DNA of 64,000 nt from Trypanosoma brucei. Taxonomy: Eukaryota. The DNA is taken from the NCBI GenBank assembly GCA_000002445.1, contig CP000070.1, positions 2,016,001 to 2,080,000 of the forward strand, read 5' to 3'. Every line of letters begins with the position of its first letter. Position 1 is the first letter of the stretch. The translations under genes were made by a program, and so were the position numbers. A model generated the notes under the pieces. The model saw only the letters and a list, made by a program, of their open reading frames with translations. It did no database searches and was not told the origin of the DNA. Shown piece after piece: positions 12,483-22,460 of the stretch.

Positions 12483-12560
12483 TATTCATATCAATCCGCT
12501 TCACTTCAGTTCGTTCCACCTCCACCTCCACCATTCATCCATTCATTTATTCATTTACTC
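9818..12560. other. 2.7 kb gene-free AT-rich low-complexity intergenic tract (homopolymer runs, (AAT)n at ~10456-10490, (CAA)n at ~10951-10975)
   Basis: No ORF with normal amino-acid composition on either strand. All track ORFs here are poly-I/L/F/N artefacts of AT-rich sequence. Confidence 0.6.
12447..12479. repeat. (TA)n microsatellite
   Basis: Direct reading atatatatat... A further (AC)n lies at 12305-12331. Confidence 0.85.
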
Positions 12561-15500
12561 TTAAGCAATATTTACACCCCGCCCGTACATGAGCTTCCCC
12601 AGACTGCCATTGCCCAACCGCTGAAAAGAGCAACCATCGTGCCCCGCATATTCATTTTTCTTTCCTTTACTGCAGCGGCTGCTGTCACTAATGTTATTAC
12701 TATTATTATTATTGTTATTCTTAATGCAACTGCGAGCACCGACACTGCTCCTTTTGCTGCTGCTAGCTATGCTACAATAACCGCTATTGGGATTGTTGCT
12801 ACCGCTGTTGTTATTCCCACCACTCGATTTGGTGCTGGCATTACTGTTACTAAAGTACGACAAACTTCCGGGCTTACTGCTAGCGATACGCTCCAAACTC
12901 CACGCACGTCTGCGTGTTTTAATATTTGTTTCAGTGCAAGGCAGCGTTGGGTTGGTTTGCGTATACGAAAAGGGACGTGCATTCACCAACGGCACACTCC
13001 GTAGCGCGTTGGGCGCTTTGAGATAAAAGGCCCGCGATATACGAGCGTCCCGACACATGTTCTCCTTTGATCCCTGACCGAAGAGACTAATACCTGGACC
13101 CGACTTGCGTTTCCTTTCCGAACTTCCGCGCGACTTGGCCAGCAATGACGTTGTTGACAGCGATCGGCCTCCCGATGGTTTGCCATTAGTTGCTGATGCC
13201 GTTTGCCGTATTTGGCATGTAACGTTAGTGCCCGATGCAGCGCGTACTGCAGTGTTATTTTCACTTTCTTTCGGACATGAGCGTTCCGGTGGGTCAACAG
13301 CAGGGGCATTCACAGGCCGGGGGAGAATTTTTGGACCCATGGAGTCTGCACAAACAACCATAGTGTCGCAACGTATTGCCCTCTCACTACCCTGCGTTCG
13401 GCAGAAATTCAGCACAGGGGCCGCAGCTTTTTTCTCACTCCTCCCCTGTTTCCCTAACTCAACCTCCTTGAGATGTGTTTGCCACGTCACGGAGACCTCA
13501 TTTGATGGCTCCGGTGAGGGACTTCCTTCACCACATGTCAGATACGAGCACCGCGTGCTGAAGGACCGCAATAATCCACGAATTTGATGCTTTCCCTGTT
13601 GTTCTAAAGGGGGTACCGCTCCAGCCACTGCTGTGAAGAACTCCGTGGACACCTGTGGCGAGCGAGCGGATGGAGAACGACTGCTTAACGCATCTTCATC
13701 AACATCCAACTCGCTTTTCCCCCCTGCCATTTGTCCTGATGGAAGAACATCACAGTTGATGGCGGATTTCCCCTGTGCCGAATTAGCAGACTGTGTGGAC
13801 ACCGTAGTTAGCGTAGAAAGTGATACGGTAAAACGGAAGGACGAAGCGTTACGAATGCTAGTACGACTTCTCTGCCGTTTCTCCGCGTATGTTCCATAAC
13901 CTGTTTCGCCGATATCAGTACGGGACTTTCCACTTCTTTTTGAGGTGACTTCCCGCGGCCCCTTCATTGCAGACGAGACGCCCACCTGCAAGTCACGGAC
14001 GTGCATGGAGTCAGTAGAGTTACCCCAATCCTCATTAACAGATGTCCCGCTATTCATTTCAACTAAATGCCCACCGGAGAATGTTGCCGGCACCCATGAC
14101 TTGTTCTTCCTACGGAAACTGCTCCCCCTTTTCCCCATAGGGTAATGTGCAGTTTTTGCACTCTCCTCGTCACCATATGGGGTGTTCACCCGCCGAATCT
14201 CCTCTCCTTCACAGCGACCGGCTACGCTTGCCGCATCTGTTGCCATCGCTATTGGTTCCTTGTCCGTTGTAGTTTGCCACCAGCCTAAACCATTTTTTGC
14301 ACCACGCGTTGGGTTGCACAAGGCGGCCCACATTTCCCTTTCCCGTCCCTCCTCATCCGGTGACATAGTTCTGCGTCGTCTATTGTTCTTTTTCCTTCTA
14401 CAACCTTCTCCATATTCTTTCTTCACAGGGTATATTGGTTCATTTTCATGAACATCATTCTGTTTGGCGGTTGAACTACGTCCCAAGCGACAGGGTGGTG
14501 TTTTTGGTAATTTTCGCAACGCTTTTTTGTGAGTCAGTCGTCGTTTCTTTTGCATACTGGCGGCAGCGACTTTGGACGGCGTTGTGTGCGTAAAATCCCC
14601 CTTTCCTTCCGTTTGTTTCTCTCCTTGCGGTTGCTGCTTCTTACTAGAGGCTTTCCCTAACTGTGGGCCACCGCGGGGCTTGCGTGTCACACGAGCAGCA
14701 TTTCTCTTTTTGCATTTCGTCGTGTGGGACACGTTGTGTCTGGCCACCACTTTTCGCCGACGACTACCAACAGCCCAACTTAGTTTTGTGGGGGAGTGCG
14801 ACGTGACGGCCTTTTCCAACCGCCTCCTGCTCACTTCTAACATAGATAATGGTAAGGGCCTTACCTTGGGGACACTGTCTCCTTCCGCTCTGGGTGCTAT
14901 TTCAACAACGTCGTCGCTGAAACTAACACAAATGAGGTCCGATCGCTCGAAACGAGATGCCACGGTAGTCTGCGGTTCCACCTGTGCGATGGGCGTACCT
15001 TCTGTTTCAGTCACTACGCGACTCATAGCGGATGCCATCGTGGTAATAACGGGTGCTACCGTCGTTTTTGGCGTTGCTGTTGGTGTAGTTGCCGTTGTGT
15101 CCGACACCGTTTTCACCGCACCCGACTTGCCCTTTTTTGTGTGAGTAGGCCGCCGGCCAAGATTAACTTTAGAGCAAAGTGGCTGCAGCGATGGCACACC
15201 TTCGGGCATGGGGGTATGCCCGCGCTTAGGCTTTTCTTCCATCCACAACTTAAGCTTACCGGAGGCTGTACGTGCCTTTACTGCCACGTCGCCTTGACCG
15301 TTGCCGAGTGTATCACGACTTCGCTGTTGCAATGCCGCTCCGGCGAGACCCTTTTTCGATTCCTGGCGTGACAGTGGTGCTGCCGTCGATGTGTGTTTTT
15401 TCGTTGCTGCTACATGGAGTGAAGTTGGTACTCTTCTGCTGTTGCACCGTGAAAACGGTGAGGTATGCGCTAAATTTGGTGTCGAGTGGTATTTTTGAAA

Positions 15501-16457
15501 CCTCCGCGTTGGCGCCTCCATCCGGCAAGCTCCAGGGTTTGTTCCGCTGGACGAAACCCTGCGTATGCCCTGTGTAAGTGAACGCTTAAAGATGGACTTC
15601 GGCGCAGGCCCACACTGTTGTTCCTTCACTTTCATGGGGGACATGCGTGAGGCCTCGGAATGAGACAACGCACCGCGACTCACGTGCGAACCAGTGGTTA
15701 CACTACGAACAAATCGCTGAAGTTCAGCTACATCGATTTTCCTACGGTTTGGTGGGGAGCACGTGCGTGATTCCTTCGTGATAACACTGCTTCCCTTATT
15801 ATTTTCCTTGTTGAACCTATTAACACTGTTCGTCCGCGACATATTACCCTTTTCACATATGTTCCGTCTTGTGTGACCCTTTTGTTCACTGGGCGTCGAC
15901 CCATCCTCCACAGCACCGCTTGCCCCAGTCTCAACCACACTCTTTTTGCCTTTTTTCATGACCTTATCTGATGTGCCAGCATGTGATGAAACCGAACTCT
16001 GTTGCGACTGTTTCGCGTTCCGCTGAGTCTGCACAAATATTTTTGTGTTTGAAGGGTCGTAATGGATTCCCTCACGCAACGACGCCACTTCTGATGCATC
16101 TGCACGATCACTTCCCAAGTCAAACAGATGGTCAAAGCGCCCACCATCAACTAAACTAGCAGCGGGAACATCAACAATAGTAAGCGGTATCGGATGCGTT
16201 GGTAGCCGCTTCGGAGAACGCTTACTATATTCACTGGCATCAGCGGTAAGTTCAGAGACACCACTCACATCAGGGTCATTCAGGCCACCCTGCCATTCAC
16301 ATTCAGCTACCATCCTTTTGAGGTAAGCAAGCGACATACAAGGAAACTTTACCCGTGAGTTTGTAGTGATCCGCTGCACTGTTGGTGCCCTATTTTTGAC
16401 TCTTCTTTGTTTTGTAGTCCCCTCTATCGTGGACACACCTTGCTTTCCACTCAACAA
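12561..16457 (-). CDS. hypothetical protein, large Ser/Thr/Arg/Lys-rich basic protein (1298 aa)
   Basis: Uninterrupted 3.9 kb minus-strand ORF with a biased Ser/Thr/basic, low-complexity composition and no recognisable catalytic motif. Its first 53 codons lie inside duplicated block A. Confidence 0.5.
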   Translation of the reverse strand: MLSGKQGVSTIEGTTKQRRVKNRAPTVQRITTNSRVKFPCMSLAYLKRMVAECEWQGGLNDPDVSGVSELTADASEYSKRSPKRLPTHPIPLTIVDVPAASLVDGGRFDHLFDLGSDRADASEVASLREGIHYDPSNTKIFVQTQRNAKQSQQSSVSSHAGTSDKVMKKGKKSVVETGASGAVEDGSTPSEQKGHTRRNICEKGNMSRTNSVNRFNKENNKGSSVITKESRTCSPPNRRKIDVAELQRFVRSVTTGSHVSRGALSHSEASRMSPMKVKEQQCGPAPKSIFKRSLTQGIRRVSSSGTNPGACRMEAPTRRFQKYHSTPNLAHTSPFSRCNSRRVPTSLHVAATKKHTSTAAPLSRQESKKGLAGAALQQRSRDTLGNGQGDVAVKARTASGKLKLWMEEKPKRGHTPMPEGVPSLQPLCSKVNLGRRPTHTKKGKSGAVKTVSDTTATTPTATPKTTVAPVITTMASAMSRVVTETEGTPIAQVEPQTTVASRFERSDLICVSFSDDVVEIAPRAEGDSVPKVRPLPLSMLEVSRRRLEKAVTSHSPTKLSWAVGSRRRKVVARHNVSHTTKCKKRNAARVTRKPRGGPQLGKASSKKQQPQGEKQTEGKGDFTHTTPSKVAAASMQKKRRLTHKKALRKLPKTPPCRLGRSSTAKQNDVHENEPIYPVKKEYGEGCRRKKNNRRRRTMSPDEEGREREMWAALCNPTRGAKNGLGWWQTTTDKEPIAMATDAASVAGRCEGEEIRRVNTPYGDEESAKTAHYPMGKRGSSFRRKNKSWVPATFSGGHLVEMNSGTSVNEDWGNSTDSMHVRDLQVGVSSAMKGPREVTSKRSGKSRTDIGETGYGTYAEKRQRSRTSIRNASSFRFTVSLSTLTTVSTQSANSAQGKSAINCDVLPSGQMAGGKSELDVDEDALSSRSPSARSPQVSTEFFTAVAGAVPPLEQQGKHQIRGLLRSFSTRCSYLTCGEGSPSPEPSNEVSVTWQTHLKEVELGKQGRSEKKAAAPVLNFCRTQGSERAIRCDTMVVCADSMGPKILPRPVNAPAVDPPERSCPKESENNTAVRAASGTNVTCQIRQTASATNGKPSGGRSLSTTSLLAKSRGSSERKRKSGPGISLFGQGSKENMCRDARISRAFYLKAPNALRSVPLVNARPFSYTQTNPTLPCTETNIKTRRRAWSLERIASSKPGSLSYFSNSNASTKSSGGNNNSGSNNPNSGYCSIASSSKRSSVGARSCIKNNNNNNSNNISDSSRCSKGKKNEYAGHDGCSFQRLGNGSLGKLMYGRGVNIA

Positions 16458-19237
16458 CTACGGTGTATCTACCGCAGTGGCGGCGCAGCACACATCAACC
16501 AAAGAATCAGAGAGAAGAGAATGTGTGACAGTAGTGAATGTGGAATGAAGGGGAAGTTTGACAACAACAACAGTGAAATATTACACATGTAAAACAGTTT
16601 GCGAGTAGCCCTGTTGTGGAAAGAAAAGAGGGTACACCGCCCCACACAACACGATATGTCAGCACGCAGTGCAACGGGGAGGGGAATCCGAATAACACTA
16701 CAACGGAAGCACATCACGTGCAATGACAAATATCATCCTTGATGAAACAGGTGACGGTAACATCTCCTCACTTTTCCATAGGAGTACTGTCTCGTTTACT
16801 CATCTTCCACTTGCTCACTTCGATATTAAGATGTGTGAGAAAACCAACCCAACCCAAGGGCAGCATTTCAGTCTCCTTCACAATGACTATCCATCCCACA
16901 ACGCGCCGCTTTTCCATCCCGAAGTCCGGAAGATCGCCGTTACTTCGTAGTGCTTATTGTGCCAACTCCTCACCACCGCAACAGATAATGTGTAAAACGA
17001 TGCCAAGGAAGAACCAACAGAGGTGTAGCGAAGTAAATTGACACACCCAAGCACAAACATATAGCAATTAGGATCAGCTGACGGTATGGCAAACCAAGGG
17101 ACCATGGCTGCCACCAACACACGTCAACTCGTTACCAACCGTGACGATTCTTAGCGGACTCGAGCACCACGACAGGCGTACGCACTGTGTGGATCTTCGG
17201 CGGTATCGGCATGTGGTCGCAGACAATCTCCTTGCAGTCAGTGAGTGTGCATGGGACACCGATTATATCATCCAAGCGTATTGAGCCACACCGTTCCAGC
17301 AGTAACCTCCCAATGGCCTTTTGGGACGCCAGCTTCTTGAGGCCCTCCGCTGCAATAGGGATGGCGCAGAGTCTCAGAACGCAAGACCGGATGGCACTTT
17401 TGTCGGCACTGATTTTTTCGAGTAACTCGCAGTCACTCAAACTCAACTCCTCGAGAGTCTTTATGGCAAATACAGGATCAACGTGTGTCAAGTGCTTGGC
17501 GTTTCTCACACATAGCGACCGCAGTGCTTCACACCGCGAGAGGTCCTCAATTTCCTTATTCCCCACGAAGGGACCCTCGAGTATCAACTTGCTGAGCTCC
17601 GGCAGCGAGGCGATGGCAGCAAATTCGGAGACGCTGCGCAGCCCACAAATATACAATTCCCTCAGTTTCTTCGGCGATGCCAACTTCGATACGTTCAGCT
17701 CCCCACCACAGTACCAGAGTCGAAGGCACGTGAGATTCGTGGCCGACTCACAAATGGTTTCCAATGTGGTGGTGGAAGCAGACCCGCTACACAACCCGAG
17801 GGTCTCCAATGGAGATCTCCGCCCGGGGAACACCACCTCGGGTGAGTCATCCAAAAACAGCCTGCGTAGATTCCGCAGGGATGCGATGGCCTTAGAAGTC
17901 TTTTTACTGAGTGTCGAGCAGAATCGCAGGTCGACTTCGCTCAGGGATGTGCTGTACAGCTTTCCCACACATTCATCAGTCACCGCAGTAGCCCGCAATA
18001 GGAGCTTCTCCAGCGGTGGCGCACAGTCCACAGGGCCAACAATTCTTGCACGACTGCATAGGCTGAGGTCCAACACCTTCAGCGACCTCAGGTTGGTCAA
18101 TGGGCTTATGTCAACAATTTCCTTGTTCCCGCTGAGGATCACCTCCTCGAGCGTAGTGAATGCTGATAGTGCCTTCACATCGGCATCCGTTACACTGCTA
18201 TTCGTCAGGCGCAACACACGAAGTAACGGCAGCTCGGTTCCCCACTCGAACGTAGAACGAACACCCACATTGTCAAGACATAACTCCACCAATTTCTTGC
18301 AGTTTTTCAGTGAGATCTTGCTATGCACCGCCGAGCAATCCCCAAGCCGCAGCACCTTTAACGACACACAATCATGAAAATACTCGACAAGTCCATTGCC
18401 AACGATAAGGGAGGTTCCGGTAATAACCAATCGTCTGAGAATTGGCCACGTCAGTGTGTCAGTGAAGGCATTCATGTTGGGACAGTTCTCAATGGTGATG
18501 CTATCGAGAAACAGGGCATTCCCTAAGAATTTGGCATCCTGTAACATCGAGATATTCTTCATTACAATCTCACGCAGTTTCTCAAGGGACTCCACACCTT
18601 TCTCCCATTCGTTATCCAGCCGTGTACCATGCAGGATAAGCGTTTGGAGGCAGGGGAATTTACCGATACACGACATGTTGGCTACAGCACCCGGCCCGAT
18701 TTCCAACAGGTATAACCCTTGATTGCTGAGTAACTCGAGGTCCAGGCGTCCACAACACCGTCGGAGGCGCAATTCTCCCACATCGCCCTTTAGTGATGAG
18801 AGTTCTTTCAGATTAAACCCCGGGTCGTCGACAACAATCACGTCTGCGGGGTCATCACATTCAAGTGGTGCGTTCTTATCGCAGTTTATAACTGCCTTCC
18901 ACGTGACTGGTCGTCTCCGATATTCATCATACTCTTCCCGCAGCTTTTCGTGTTCCGCTGCCACCATATGGACATGATTGCGCAGTTCTGCGACCTCCTC
19001 CCGCAGCTTCTCCACATCTTCATTGGTTACCATTTGTTCCCCACCTTCAGAGCCGAGTCGCTTCACCATCGCGCCTCCCCCTTTGCCTTTTGTATTTTTG
19101 GTGAGGGAAAGAGTGTGGATTGTGTAAAAAGGTGGAAAGGGCGATTTGAGTGACGTAAGAAAGGAAGGCTTGGGGAAGAAGTGGAGCTGCACACCCAGCG
19201 ACTTTGGACAATACAAACGGGTGTAACACTGTGCTGA
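16297..19237. repeat. segmental duplication block A, copy 1 (LRR gene, its 3' flank, and the 5' end of the downstream gene)
   Basis: About 2.94 kb, near-identical to 43918-46858. The six-frame ORFs are pairwise identical (16366..16548 = 43987..44169, 17187..18377 = 44808..45998, etc., with single substitutions). Homology ends abruptly at ...gtgtaacactgtgctga (19237 / 46858). Confidence 0.85.
17132..19069 (-). CDS. leucine-rich repeat protein, cysteine-containing LRR type (LRRP/ESAG8-like), copy 1
   Basis: About 20 tandem 23-25-aa LRRs of the L..L.L..C..ITD..L form (e.g. LRSLKVLDLSLCSRARIVGPVDCAPPLEKLLL, LTNSSVTDADVKALSAFTTLEEVILSGNKEIVDISPLTNL), preceded by a coiled coil (EDVEKLREEVAELRNHVHMVAAEHEKLREEYDEYRR). 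The track ORF extends to 19363. Start is placed at MVKRLGSE (19069) because the upstream ORF differs between the two copies and reads like a pyrimidine-rich 5'UTR. Confidence 0.65.
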   Translation of the reverse strand: MVKRLGSEGGEQMVTNEDVEKLREEVAELRNHVHMVAAEHEKLREEYDEYRRRPVTWKAVINCDKNAPLECDDPADVIVVDDPGFNLKELSSLKGDVGELRLRRCCGRLDLELLSNQGLYLLEIGPGAVANMSCIGKFPCLQTLILHGTRLDNEWEKGVESLEKLREIVMKNISMLQDAKFLGNALFLDSITIENCPNMNAFTDTLTWPILRRLVITGTSLIVGNGLVEYFHDCVSLKVLRLGDCSAVHSKISLKNCKKLVELCLDNVGVRSTFEWGTELPLLRVLRLTNSSVTDADVKALSAFTTLEEVILSGNKEIVDISPLTNLRSLKVLDLSLCSRARIVGPVDCAPPLEKLLLRATAVTDECVGKLYSTSLSEVDLRFCSTLSKKTSKAIASLRNLRRLFLDDSPEVVFPGRRSPLETLGLCSGSASTTTLETICESATNLTCLRLWYCGGELNVSKLASPKKLRELYICGLRSVSEFAAIASLPELSKLILEGPFVGNKEIEDLSRCEALRSLCVRNAKHLTHVDPVFAIKTLEELSLSDCELLEKISADKSAIRSCVLRLCAIPIAAEGLKKLASQKAIGRLLLERCGSIRLDDIIGVPCTLTDCKEIVCDHMPIPPKIHTVRTPVVVLESAKNRHGW

Positions 19238-20789
19238 CAAGGCATGATTATGTGTCTCATTTCTCAAGTCTACAAGGTGGTTGCTGGTGATGGCATGGTG
19301 TCTATGCGACTGGTCGATTCGTATTCGTTGAGCCATACGCTGACCCATAGATATATAGTTCATTTTCGGTACTTTACCCCGTGGACCAGTGCAGGAGGTT
19401 ACGCACGCGGCGGATAGTGAGATGATTCGTTCTTAGTCAATAATATGTGAAGGAGAGGGGCAAGATAGGATGGGCTGACAGAAGACAGTTTGGGGTGCGT
19501 CACTCAGCAGGTTGGGGATACCTTACTTCACCCTTTACGGTGTCAGTGTTGATGGCTGAACGCCGTTCTGCCTGCCTCTTCTCCTTTTTCTTTTCTCATA
19601 TCTTTTAGCTTCTGGGGTCTAAGCTGCCATGCACTTCCGACTTCTGAACCGCCCATCCACCCATTTTCCCCGCCCCATCCCTTTAACTCGTTTTATACGT
19701 CGGCAAGACATGCTAATGATGAGCACGGCTTATTTCGTTACTCATTTTTGTGCGCTCACTTGTGCGCCACCTCCTGGCGGGTGACCACGCATGAGTGAAT
19801 TGTACGTTTCCTTTCAGTTCCAGTGGAGGTAATATCTTAATGAAAGGGAAGGAGGAGACCGAGAGGGTAAGAGAACGTAAAACATTGGTGAGGTTTGTTC
19901 AGGACGTAAGGAATTGGTAAGGCAAACAGAGAAAAGAAATAGAGATGACGCTGACATCATTAGGAGTAGCTTAGAAGCTCACGTGCCACCTAATGAGCTT
20001 TCCATTTCCCTTCTAAACAGTTTATCTTTTACGAAGCGGGGCGTGATCTACGAGGAAGGCATTGGCATACGATGTTCCTTTCCTCTTTTCCCCTCCTTTC
20101 AAATGCATAAATAATGCCAACGAGCAAAAAGGATTGACTGGGGGGAGGGGGGAGGGATGGAAGGGGGAACAACAAAAGACCGCTATGGATTAGCCAATAG
20201 CGGTGCCCTGAAGGCAATGTTGGGAATTGATGTCATTTCCTTTCATTTGTGTATAATTCCCATACATTACTGTCAATATGTTGGTTTTACCATCGACTGT
20301 TCTCTTTTCTTAACGGGCACAATCTATTCCATTTCACTCCTTTTCATAACCACTCCCCGCCGCTTCCTTTCACATTATTCTTTTCGATGACCCCTCTTCG
20401 GCTTTTCCCTCGTTAAAGCGTTAAATGCCTCCCCCCTCCCCCTTAGCATTGCCCCATTCCTTCCTCTCTTTCTCTTTCTTTTCCGCATTGCTTCGTGTTT
20501 GACTCCTCAACGTTGACAATAATGATAATGGCCAACAGCAGCATCAACAGGAGGAGTTGAGCAGTTGCGTAAATTCATTTCCCCTTCCCTCCGGCCACCA
20601 TTCACCCTCCTTTTTTTTCCCTTTGCTTTTGTTCCCCAGCACAAGTGGGACAAAACTCCCTCCCCATTACCATCACCCACACGCATATTCTCCTCTCAAT
20701 AATATGGAAATTAACATACAAATGTATAAATATAAAATATATGGGTGTAAATATATACGGGGTCATGAAAGGGAACAGGTTTGCAAAAA

Positions 20790-20791
<2 letters not shown>

Positions 20792-20840
<49 letters not shown>
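20792..20840. repeat. (CA)n microsatellite, about 25 units
   Basis: Direct reading: acacacac... across 20792-20840. Confidence 0.9.
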
Positions 20841-20847
<7 letters not shown>

Positions 20848-21477
20848 GCAAAAAGGAGAAAATAGACTAGGTAAAAGGAAACAACTTTTTTATGTTTGGT
20901 TTCATTTTAAAAGGAAAGTGAGTAAAAGAGGAAAGCACCGAGATTGCGTAAAACCGCACCCCGCCACGTGAGTGATACATAAAAAAAAAGTTATGAAGGA
21001 TCTCATATTACCTTCAACGTCAGTGTGGGTAAATAGTAATAATATTAACAATAACAATAAGAGTGATCAAAACAACATTGACAGTAGAAAAAAAGGTATC
21101 ACAGTCGTGGTAGCATAAAATAAGTAAAAGGTAAATAATAACAAAAATAGCAACAGCAAAATTCTTAAAAAAAACTGGATGGGCACAGTGCGCGCATTGG
21201 CCACCGGAGGGAGAAGAAGAAAAGGGACTGGGTATTAAACTGAAGGGGTGCACACATACGCATAAACGAGGAGACACGCACATGGAAGCTCCAAAAAGGA
21301 GGAAAGGATAAAACAACAACAACAACAACAACAACAACAAAATTTTACCCATGAGCAAGTGTGAGAGCTTTCCTGTCTGTTTTATGTTGCAGCAGCAGTA
21401 GCATTAGCATTAGCAGCAACTGCACGTCCATACGTATGATCAAGCATATATACATATTTATTCATTCGGTCATATAA

Positions 21478-21508
<31 letters not shown>

Positions 21509-22135
21509 TATTATGTACGTACGTAAACATGCCTGGAGCGCAGGAACGGAACTCATTAAGTCAGAGGGGGGGGGGGAAGCAGAAAATATCAAATAAAAAA
21601 GAAAAAAAAAGCAACAGTCACATAACAAACCAAACACAAAATAAAGGCTCACAGACTTCCACCCCCTGCTATACCGTCTCGGCTACTGCTACTCGTTCCT
21701 TTCCAGCCGTCCAACCAGTTGAACCGCAAACCAAAAACAAACAAACAGAAACAAAAAGAGAAAGATGTGTGTGTAAGCTATTTCCCCTTTCCCTGCAACA
21801 CCTCTAATCCATATGCACCAACACACACACAAAAGCACAAAAAACAGGGGGAAAAAACGTTGGTAATCCTTTAGTAAGAAACTCAGCGTAAAGCGGAAAG
21901 TGATTAAGGTGCGCGGAAAGGAAAATAATCAACATCCAAGAATGAAGAAGGAAAACAACAACAACAGCAACGCCACCTACCCAATGCGCGAAGCCTAGGT
22001 CAGTATGAAACGATGCGCAGAGTGGAAAAGAAGACAAAAGGCTGGTGATGAAAGGAAATGAAAAATCCAAGAAACCAACGGTGGTGTGCGGCTGCCGTCT
22101 CCATAACACATTAATGCACATGCGAACGGTGTTAG

Positions 22136-22460
22136 CTCCCACGGAACAAGAAGACAACAAGGTATTCGCGCCGGTCCTGTAATGCGTCTCCACTGCTCAA
22201 ATGGCGTCTCACACATGACCCAGTGCAATCGTGTGCACATGAACAACTGGTGTCAATCAGATATTCAGAAGGAAAAATCAAGAGGCCCCGCTTCAGAGGT
22301 TGGTAAATAATATTTTTCATAAGGATGTCTCGCAACTCTCGGACTGTGTGGCGCGGCTGCGGCGTAGAGGAACAGTCATGCATGCAGGACAATCAGCTAC
22401 GGGAATGAATACCTCCTCTACGGGTGCTGGCAAGCATCTTACTGATGGGACAAACATGCA
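22136..22460. repeat. duplication block B, copy 1 (kinesin last ~48 codons plus ~180 bp 3' flank)
   Basis: About 325 bp, near-identical to 43585-43910. ORFs 22132..22392(-) and 43582..43845(-) encode the same 86 aa, and 21804..22193(-) and 43431..43646(-) share their first 18 aa. Homology starts at ctcccacggaacaagaag. Confidence 0.8.

Noticed and set aside
17187-18377. Long plus-strand ORFs antisense to the real genes. Examples: 17187..18377 and 44808..45998 (396 aa), 47800..48717 (305 aa), 36626..37474 (282 aa), 35734..36402, 26825..27424, 13105..13587, 590..1048.
   Set aside because: Each lies wholly inside a larger minus-strand ORF that has clear protein-family motifs. Their translations are Ser/Arg/Leu-rich, as expected for the antisense of GC-rich coding sequence. 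No motif is recognisable, and every credible gene in the window is on the minus strand.
19700-19830. Possible C/D-box snoRNA (TGATGA at about 19719-19724) in the unique spacer.
   Set aside because: No properly spaced CTGA D-box or terminal stem was found, and the motif is on the plus strand, opposite to the transcription unit. It cannot be supported by eye.
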